Below, piece by piece: positions 51,023 to 61,100 of a stretch of 64,000 nucleotides of DNA. This DNA is from Macrostomum lignano (taxonomy: Eukaryota). Numbering within the stretch: the first letter of the stretch is position 1; each line of letters begins with the position of its first letter. Under the pieces are notes generated by a model. The model had not been told where the DNA came from, did not search any database, and saw nothing but the letters and a program-made list of their open reading frames with translations. The stretch lies in NCBI GenBank assembly GCA_002269645.1, contig NIVC01000024.1, forward strand, positions 372,001 through 436,000, given 5' to 3'. The translations under genes and the position numbers were made by a program.

Positions 51023-51570
51023 GAAATCGATAAACCTGGGGGCTAGAGAGGTTGGAGCAGGCCAGATAATCGATAAACCTGGGGGCTAGAGAGGTCGGGG
51101 CAGGCCAGATAATCGATAAACCTGGGGGCTAGAGAGGTCGGGGCAGGCCAGATAATCGATAAACCTGGGGTACGAGTTAGGAGGGGTTAGGGGCAGGCTA
51201 TAAAATCGATAAACCTGGGGTAGGAGAGGTTTAGGCAGGTCAGAAAATCGATAAACCTGGGGCAAGACAGGTTGGGGACAAGCCAGAAAATCGATAAACC
51301 TGGGGGCTAGAGAGGTTGGGGCAGGCCAGAAAATCGATAAACCTGGGGCTAGAGAGGTTGGGGCAGGCCAGATAATCGATAAACCTGGGGTACGAGTTAG
51401 GAGGGGTTAGGGGCAGGCTATAAAATCGATAAACCAGGGGTAGGAGAGGTTTAGGCAGGTCAAAAAATCGATAAACCTGGGGCAAGACAGGTTGGGGACA
51501 AGCCAGAAAATCGATAAACCCAGGGTAGGAGAGGTTGGGGGGAGGGCAGAAAATCAATAAACCTGGGGCA
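51023..51570. repeat. ~41-bp minisatellite AATCGATAAACCTGGGGGCTAGAGAGGTTGGGGCAGGCCAG
   Basis: ~13 copies, with a multi-unit block duplicated. Confidence 0.92.
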
Positions 51571-52017
51571 GGAGTGACTAGCAGTATTAAAAGTACGCTG
51601 AATAATTTCAGTACGCTGAAAAGAGAGACATGCAAAACAGAACTTGAAAACACTTTGACTAAAAAGGCGAAGACTAGAATTTTTAAAACGACACAGTTTG
51701 CCAGGACCACGATTTTTTGCTAGCGCAGTAAATAAGCTAGAAGCTTTTAGATAAAAACAGAGAAGTGACTCAATGTGGACTAAAACATTAAATAAATAAC
51801 CAAAAATATATAGCAATATTGGTTACATGCAATAACTGCGGCATAAGTTTAAGAGAGACAAATTTAACAAGACAAAAATTCCGTGAACATTTTTTTAATG
51901 TCTCGTTGTAGTTTTTAAATTAATAATTGTAGTTTTGCTGAAATAATCACAGCTTTATATCTGACTAGCGAATGGTTCGCAGAGAGGCATCAGGATCGGG
52001 GTCAGAGAGGCATAAGG

Positions 52018-53050
52018 TTGTCAGGAGGCGCCGGGTGAAGTGTCAGGAAGGCGCCGGGTGAAGTGTCAGGAAGGCGTCAAGTGAAGTGTCAGGAAGGCGC
52101 CGGGTGAAGTGTCAGGAAGGCGTCAGGTGAAGTGTCAGGAAGGCGTCAGGTGAAGTGTCAGGAAGGCGTCAAGTGAAGTGTCAGGAAGGCGCCGGGTGAA
52201 GTGTCAGGAAGGCGTCAGGTGAAGTGTCAGGAAGGCGTCAGGTGAAGTGTCAGGAAGGCGCCGAGTGAAGTGTCAGGTAGGCGTCAGGTGAAGTGTCAGA
52301 AAGGCGTCAGGTGAAGTGTCAGAGAGGCGTCAGGTGAAGTGTCAGGAAGGCGTCAGGTGAAGTGTCAGGAAGGCGTTAGGTGAAGTGTCAGGAGGCGCCG
52401 GGTGAAGTGTCAGGAAGGCGTCAGGGAAAGTGTCAGGAAGGCGCCGGGTGAAGTGTCAGGAAGGCGCCGGGTGAAGTGTCAGGAAGGCGTCAAGTGAAGT
52501 GTCAGGAAGGCGCCGGGTGAAGTGTCAGGAAGGCGTCAGGTGAAGTGTCAGGAAGGCGTCAGGTGAAGTGTCAGGAAGGCGCCGAGTGAAGTGTCAGGTA
52601 GGCGTCAGGTGAAGTGTTAGAGAGGCGTCAGGTGAAGTGTCAGAAAGGCGTCAGGTGAAGTGTCAGAGAGGCGTCAGGTGAAGTGTCAGGAAGGCGTCAG
52701 GTGAAGTGTCAGGAAGGCGTCAGGTGAAGTGTCAGGAGGCGCCGGGTGAAGTGTCAGGAAGGCGTCAAGTGAAGTGTCAGGAAGGCGCCGGGTGAAGTGT
52801 CAGGAAGGCGTCAGGTGAAGTGTAAGGAAGGCGCCGGGTGAAGTGTCAGGAAGGCGTCAGGTGAAGTGTCAGGAAGGCGCCGGGTGAAGTGTAAGGGAAG
52901 CGTCAGGTAAAGTGTCAGAGAGGCCTCAGGTGAAGTGTCAGAGAGGCCTCAGGTGAAGTGTCAGAGAGGCCTCAGGTGAAGTGTCAGGAAGGCGTCAGGT
53001 GAAGTGTCAGAGAGGCCTCAGGTGAAGAATCAGAGAGCGTCAGGTGAAGT
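52018..53050. repeat. 23-bp minisatellite GTGAAGTGTCAGGAAGGCGTCAG
   Basis: ~44 copies. Confidence 0.95.
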
Positions 53051-53051
53051 A

Positions 53052-53090
53052 CAAGGACTACTTAACACTACTTTATGCTAGTGGTCCTTG
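53052..53090. mobile_element. Ultra-short TIR element (39 bp), 8-bp TSD-like flanks
   Basis: CAAGGACTACT...AGTGGTCCTTG (10/11 inverted match), flanked by GTGAAGTA and GTGAAGTG. Confidence 0.5.
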
Positions 53091-53256
53091 GTGAAGTGTC
53101 AGGGAGGCGCCAAAGCGAAAACAGGCAACTTCTTGACTCAGAAAACTACTTCAGAAGGCTAAACAAACAATGGCAGCATCAGACAACCCGCAAAACTGTC
53201 CAGTTCGTTTTTCCCCAAGTTTTTCGAGTTCAGCTTTTAACATTCGGCAGCAATCG

Positions 53257-54227
53257 TCACCGTTTCTTTCTAAAACTCAGCCGGCTCAGCAGACCAAATC
53301 TGGCGCCTCTGCTGCCGCCGCCACACCTGCTTTGCTGCTGCTGCCTTCTGGCTGCCATGGACCTGAACACGTCACCCTGCGGCAGGGTGCTGCCGCCTCC
53401 TCCGCCGCTGCCACCCACGCCGCCAAGACAGGCCCGCTGATCGTCCAGCCGGCATCCCTGCCAGCGGGCCAGGGCGTCGAGGAAGGCCTCCTCCGCAGTC
53501 GGCAGCGGCGCAGTCGCTCGCTGATCATTCATGCGACGCGACTGACAGCGACTGAGCAAGTCTAGGAAGGCGTCCTGATCAGTTTTGCTTTGATCTTTGC
53601 CGCCGCTGTGGGCGGTTAGCGAGGCTCGACGAGGCGCCTCTGCTGTCGACGTTGTCAACGAGGTCAGCTGGTCGGAGCGCTGACGGGTGGAGGCAGCCAG
53701 CAGGTGCTTCAGATCGGCCAAGCTGAGTCGGGCTGTGGCCACGCCTTGCGAGTCGTTGAGCTCTTGGCACAGAGCCAAATAGCGCTCGGCGTAAGCTAGG
53801 GCTCTGGGATGTGGCGTGGTTGCTATTGAGATGCAATTACATTTTCAAACAAAAACCGCCTACTTTCAGTAGGCTACATTGCATTTTAAAGCAATGCGAT
53901 GGGCAGAACAAAGAACTCACTTATCGTAGCGAGCCAGCGCTGTGCAGGCGTTGCTAAGCGACCAGCAAGAGTGGCAGGCGCCCACGCGGTCGCCTAGGCT
54001 GTCAGCAATGCTCAGGTGTCGCTCGTGAAATACTTTTTTGCTACAAGGACAGGGAAGGCCAGCCAAGAGGTTTAGGAAATAGAATTCTTTATTATGTACA
54101 TTTTAACTATCTCGTGAGCAACATATGCACGTATATATACTAGCTGCATGTCCGTGCATCAGACAGACAGACAGACAGACAGACAGACAGGCAGGCAGAC
54201 AGACAGACAGACAGACAGACAGGCAGG

Positions 54228-54265
<38 letters not shown>

Positions 54266-54343
54266 AACAGACAGACAGACAGGCAGGCAGACAGACAAAC
54301 AGACAGACAGCCAGACAGACAGAAAGACAGACAGACAGGCAGG

Positions 54344-54389
<46 letters not shown>

Positions 54390-54396
54390 GGCAGGC

Positions 54397-54441
<45 letters not shown>

Positions 54442-54448
54442 GGCAGGC

Positions 54449-54483
<35 letters not shown>

Positions 54484-54994
54484 TAGGCAGTAAAGTGCAG
54501 GCTCAAAGGACTGCCGGATCGATGGCGGGGCAGCGGCGGTACCTCATAGGATCATAGGATAGAAATCCATGGCCTGCAAGACAGGAGAAGAAAGGGAGAA
54601 AGAGAGGGTAGAAAAATCCAATCGGACAAATCGAGTTGTCTCGTCACGATCTCTCCAATCGAGATTCGAATCCAATCTTATTTCCTCAGAAACCGACTCT
54701 TTCGTATCGAAGCTTGGGACTGAAATATAAATTCGCTAACCAAAAAATGAGGCCAAAACTCGCAAAGAGACTAACTAAAGAAAAGCGCTACTGAAATTCA
54801 ATGGAATAGAGCTTTACTGCTGAACAGTGGAATCCAGTCTGGAAGATTATTTTGAGTTTCTTAATACTGAGTATTTCGGATCGGACTAAATAATTGATTG
54901 GAATTTTTCGCTAAGTTAAAGTCCACTACCACAACTGTTGAATAAGAGCTAGAAAAAAGCTAGAACGAGACAGGGGAGTGAAGAGAGGGGGGAG

Positions 54995-55086
<92 letters not shown>

Positions 55087-55089
55087 GGC

Positions 55090-55145
<56 letters not shown>

Positions 55146-58100
55146 CAACAGACAGAGAGAGAGAAGAGAGGGGGAGGGGAGGAGTGGAGGGGAGAGAGGA
55201 GAGAGAAGGGAGAGGGGAAAGGTGAGTGGGAAGAGGGGAAAGGGGAAGGATGAGAGGAGAGAGGAGAGGGGTGAGAGGAGAGGAGAGAGGAGAGAGGGGA
55301 TTAAGAGTGAGAGGAGAGGAGAGGGGAGAGAGGGGATTAAGAGTGAGAGGAGAGGAGAGGGGAGAGAGAGGAGAGGGGAAAGGTGAGTGGGAAGAGGGGA
55401 AAGGGGAAGGATGAGAGGAGAGGGGAGAGAGGCGAGAGGAGAGGAGAGAGAGGAGAGGGGTAAGAGTGAGAGGAGAGGAGAGAGAGGAGAGGAGAGAGAG
55501 GAGAGGGCGAGAGAAGAGGAGCGAGAGGAGAGGGGATTAAGGGTGAGAGGAGAGGAGAGGGGAGAGGGGAGAGTGGCGAGAGGAGAGGATAGAGAGGAGA
55601 GGGGCTCTGCGATAGGAGAGGATAGAGAGGAGAGGGGCTCTGCAAGATGAGAGGAGAGAGGGGAAAGGGGCACGCGAAGGCGTATTCAGCATGCCAGTGA
55701 AGTATGAGACAGACTAGGCCCATGGGCTAAGGTCTGCGATGCTTCACGCCTGCCCCTATCTTCAGCAGGCCAAGGCTGGTGGGAGGTCTGCACCCTCTAT
55801 TTGCCTCTGGCAGCCGCAGACCCCCCCACGCTGTCTCGCAAGTCGACCCAGGGTACTCGTCCCCGCGTGTGTTCAAGGCAGTCCCTAGGGCTGCTGGACA
55901 GACTGGGCTCCGGCGCTGGCGACCCTATCCAGTGGCTTCGGCCGAATTTGGGTATGCGGGTCTGGCTCGCCAACCTGCAGGCCGTGGTACTGCTCAACTT
56001 ACTCTCTAATGCCTAAGGTGTTCGACCGTGCCGATGGGCTGGAAGGCCGGGGAGTAGTCCGGTCGCAAGCGGTCCCCCTCCTGGTGTCGGGCCAGCCTTG
56101 AGGGTGCTATTGGCCTACTGCCCGGTCAGGTGGAGCGGCCGGGTGGGTACCGCGCCCCTTTGAGGGTAGCCCACCAACCTTTTATCATGGCCTTCGAGCC
56201 GCCTATGGATAAACAAGCTATTTCTAGGGACGGGGACCCTTCTAAACCCCAACCTCAGTCCGAAGGACCGGCCGGCCCTGCTGGCAGATCCCAACCGACT
56301 GATTCAACTGTGGCAAAGGAAGGACCGGCTGGCTCTGCTGGCAGATCCGACCAGAGCTACCAAACTCATAATACCCAAAGACCTGCCAGCTCCGCTGGTG
56401 GATCTAAGGGAACCGCGAGCTCTGAGCCTAAAGGACCGGCCAAATCTGGCAGATCCGATGAAGCTCAGCGGGCTCGGCTTGAGCGCAAACGCGCTAAACA
56501 ACGCGCCAAAAGGCAGGCCAAGAAGGGAGCTGCGGGGGCCAAAGCGGCGGCGTCCACCATGGATGCTGAAGCGACTGGCGTCCCAAGGCAACCAGACGGG
56601 CCGGCCGGTGGATGCTCCGGTAGTTCAGCGGCGGCGCTCCCTGGAGATGCTGCTGCGGCTGCTGAGGCCGAAACCACGGCGCAACAAATGGCCACTGCCA
56701 ACAAGGAGGTTCCTTCGGGAGCTACCTTTGCGGCGAAGGCCAAGGCAAAAATCCCGGGAGTGATCATCCAAGGTCGCGACCAGGACTGGACCACTGATCA
56801 GCTTCAAAAAGTGTGGAGTGCTGTTGACTCCTATCTGATTGAGCTGACTGTCGAGGAGGGAATCTCCATCGGCATTGAGCGGATGGTGCTGCGAAGCACA
56901 TTCGTTCTTATTGCTCCTAGCAGCGAGGAGGACGCTCGGCAGCTGCTCCAGCGGCTACCGACGGTCTCCTTGGATGCTGACCTTGGCGGAGCTCTTTTTC
57001 TTCGCGAGGGCCAGCGTCCAAAGACGATACCCTATGTGGTTTTCGTCCCTGCTAAGAGCACCGCAGCTGGACCAGACGTTATTCGCCGGGTCCTACTGCG
57101 TCTGAACCCCGACCTCCCTGCTAGTGGACTGGTGTATCACCGTAAAGTCCGCAGGGGGGAGACGGGCAACTCAATTGTCCTCGGCCTTTCCAGCACTTGG
57201 GCGAGTCGGTACCCTAATGGATCCTCTTTCCAGCTGGGTGCCCTCAAGCTCAAGATGCGCCGAGGAAAGTCTGCCAAAGGGAAGGCTACTGCCAACCCCG
57301 GCATCTCCGGCAAGAGCGGGGCGCAGTCTAAGGCCCAAGGAAAGGCGCAAGCCGATCCCAAAGCCAAAGCTGCATCTCGCCCCTCTGCTAGCAGCAGTTC
57401 GGCGACCGCGGTAACGGCTCCGGCCAAGCCCCGGGAACCAAACCTGCCAGTCGGAGAAGGAGTTGAGGACGAGGCCGGGTCTTCGGAATCCGAGCTCTCC
57501 TCGGCCACCCTGGTGGGGTCTGAAGGTAAAGATGCAGGTGAGGAAGCTTCCTCCATCCTGTCATCGGAGCCTGAGGACTCTGCTGGGGGGGCCGGTGGGG
57601 GTGAGGAGGCCATGGACGTCGACCAACTCCCATCTCCCAGTCAAGCCCCAGCGGCCTGGGACGAGGACGATCTGTTGTCCAAGTCTCCTTGATGGCCCTG
57701 GGCTCTAGCCAGAAATTGCATTTAATACAGTATGACTAAGCTCCACGCTGCCAAAGGAGCGACATTCTGTCTGCAAATTAATTTACAGCATTGCGTATCT
57801 GCGTCAGTAAATCTGATGAAGATTGCTGAGCTGTACAGGCCAGGCCTCATCCTGATCCAGGAACCCTGGATGCGCAACGGTAAGTTGCCCAACATTCCCT
57901 CTGGCTACTCTGATTTTTATGTGTGGCCCGGGGAACAGCCGCCCTAGAGCGGCTATCCTCGCTGCTAGCCATCTCCAGGCTTGGCTGAGGACTGATCTCT
58001 CTGATGGAGACCTTTGCGTCATCCAATCTAATCATTTCTCTCCGCGTACGTGTCTTGTTGCCTCGGTTTATATCCCAGGCGACAGAGACCCTGCTCCTGA

Positions 58101-61100
58101 GAGTTTACTGCGCCTCGCGCAGTACTGCGAGTCCCAGAACGCTGAGCTGTGCTTAGGGGGCGACCTCAACGCGCACCACAAGCACTGGGGCAGCAAAGAT
58201 ACCAACACTAGAGGAGAGGAGCTTCTGGCCCTCATCTCTAACACAAACCTCATGCTCTGCAACCGCGGCAGCACTCCTACCTTTAATAATGGCAGATGGA
58301 CCGAGGTCCTCGACGCCACACTCGTTACCCCAAGACTCTTTGACAGAGTTGAGGAGTGGAGAGTCTGGTCTGAGGAGCCCTCCCTGTCTGACCACTGCTT
58401 TATCGCCTTTAACATCGCGGACACTAAAACCCAGTCTCCGATCACTTGGAGACGCAATATCCGCAACACTGATTGGGCGGCCTACAAGGCTGCCCTTGAT
58501 CTGCACCTGCAGGAACTCACGGACTTACGTCCGATTGAGACCTGCGAGGATGTGGATCATATGGCTGAGACGCTGACAGGTTGCATTATTGAAGCCTACG
58601 AAGCGGCTTGTCCTGCTCGCGCCTACAAAGGCAAGACCTCGGCGCCGTGGTGGAACCCGGAGCTGGGGAAACTCAGGCGGAAGGCCAAAAGCCTTCATCG
58701 CCGTGCCATGAAGACCGGAAACCCGGAGGACATGGAGCTTTTCCGGCAAGCCTCCCGCAATTTCAAATCTGAAGTGCGCAAGGCCAAGGAATGTAAGTGG
58801 CGCCAATTCTGCAATGAATTGGATCAAGACAGACCTACTTCTAGGCTTGTCAAGGCCCTTACAATGGACAAAATGTCCAAATTAGCCATGATCAAAAAAG
58901 ATGATGGCTCTCTTACTAAAGACCCTGAAGAAGTGCTTCAGCATATGCTTAGCACATTCTTCCCGAGGGTACCTACTGCTAGACCGGAGCCCAACCATTC
59001 GATGGATGGAGCCACCCTAGCGGCGGGCATTGTCACTGAAGACCTAATCGCTCGTGCGGTCAGAACCTTCAAACCCTTCAAATCTCCTGGACCTGATGGT
59101 ATCTACCCTGTTCTCCTTCGTGAAGCAGCCAAGATACCCTCGTTCCTGAGACTCACCCGCAATCTTATGCGGGCCTCTATCAGCTGGGATACGTTCCCAA
59201 ATGCTGGACTGAAGCTCGGTAGTCTTTTTCCCAAACCTGGGAAGGGTGACTACCAAAGCGTCAAGGCCTTCCGGCCTATTAGCTTAACGTCAGCAATGCT
59301 TAAGCTCACTGAGAGGCTTATTCTCTGGCGGCTGCTGTCCTGCGAGCTGACAGCGATGCCCCTCAGCAATAATCAGCACGCCTTCCGTACCGGGAGGTCG
59401 ACTGACAGCGCCTGCATGCGATTGTCGAGAAGATTGAAAGGGCGGTACTGGGTGACGGTTACGCTCTGGCTCTCTTTCTTGACATTGTTGGCGCCTTCGA
59501 CAACGTTATCTTTGAAGCGTTTCAGAGGCCCTTCAAAATCGCAAAGCTCATGCTACCCTCATACGGTGGATCATGTACATGATCTCCAACCGTACGGTCA
59601 CTGCCCAACTTCTTGGGCAAACTGCCTCCACCAGAGTCTGTAAGGGTGGACCCCAAGGCGGAGTCCTCACCCCGACGCTCTGGAACCTGGTCATGGACGC
59701 TCTTTGAGTGACTCCCGACCTGACCCCGTCTTCAAAGTCGGGTATGCTGATGACGTCACGGCCATTGTGGCAGGACCGTCTCCCAGCACGCTCAGGGATC
59801 TGATGCAGAGCTTTATCCGCAAAGCAGAATCCTGGGCCAATGACAATGGTCTGGAACTCTCTGAGCCCAAAACCGTTGCCATTATGTTTACCAGCAGACT
59901 ACGCTGGAACATACGTCCTCTGCAGCTCTACGGCAGAGATATTGCCTTCGCGCACCAGACCAGATGTCTCGGGGTCATACTTGACCACCGGCTCAACTGG
60001 TCCTCCCACGTGAAAGCAAAAGCCAAGCGTGCCTCAGCCATCCTGGCCCAGCTCCGACGAGCACTTGGCACTTCTTGGGGTCTATCCCCAAAGCGGCTTT
60101 GGTGGATCTATACTTCCGTAGTTAGACCTGCCATTACGTACGCCTCTGTTGTCTGGGTTAGCGCTACCCAGGTCAAAAGCCATGCAGACCTGCTCAACAC
60201 GATCCAAGCAGAGCGTGTAGGCTCATCTGCAACGCCACCAGGTCCACGCCCTTTGCTGGCATGGGGGCCTTCCTTAATCTTCCGCCTCTTGACCTCTTCA
60301 TCAGGGGTGAGGCGGCTAGAACGACGCGGCGTCTAATTGATGCCGGCGTCAAATTCATTTACATGAGAGCACCTGCTAAGCGGAACCTTGTCCCGCATAG
60401 CGATCTGTGCCTCAACTTTCTCAACGAGTGTCAGGCCAATCGCGTCTTCACCGATGGCATTGCCTCAACGCTCAACCTGAGACAGCGCTACTCCGTAGCT
60501 ATCGACTCGCGCGATAACATCAATGACCAATGGAACCCTGGTGAGCTTCATTGCTACACCGACGGTTCTAAGCAGTCAGCCAACACCGGCTTTGGTGTTG
60601 GAATCTTTCTGAACGGGAGGGTCATCGCTACCCACGCTCAATACACTGGGGTCAACTCCAGTGTTTTCCAAAATGAAGTTCTGGCCATCAGCTCCTGCAC
60701 TGCAGAGCTTCTCGCCATTGGCGTTACTGGTAAGAACATCATTTTCCATTCGGACAGCCAAGCTGCCTTGCACGCCATCAGTGGCTGCAGCACCAACTCT
60801 GCTACAGTCCTCGACTGTATCAAACTCCTCAATGTGTTGGGTTCCGCCAACAAAATTACCCTTAAGTGGGTTCCGGGGCATGTGGGGATCCGAGGAAATG
60901 AGTTGGCTGACACCCTTGCAAAAGTTGGTGCCTCCGGCTCCTCTCTCGGCCCCGAACCTCTTGTCCCGATTCCTGGCTGTGTCATCGACTCGCGCATCAA
61001 AGCGTGGATCAGGACTCAGCACCGCTCGACTTGGGCGAACCGCACGAACTGCAGGCAATCCAGAGGCGCTGTCCCTCAGCCCTCTCACCAGCTCCGGAAG

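Noticed and set aside
55740-55800. HDV/CPEB3-like ribozyme suggested by GCTTCACGCCTGCCCCT
   Set aside because: P3/L3 spacing, P1.1 and the J4/2 catalytic C motif could not be completed by eye; kept only as a structured UTR.
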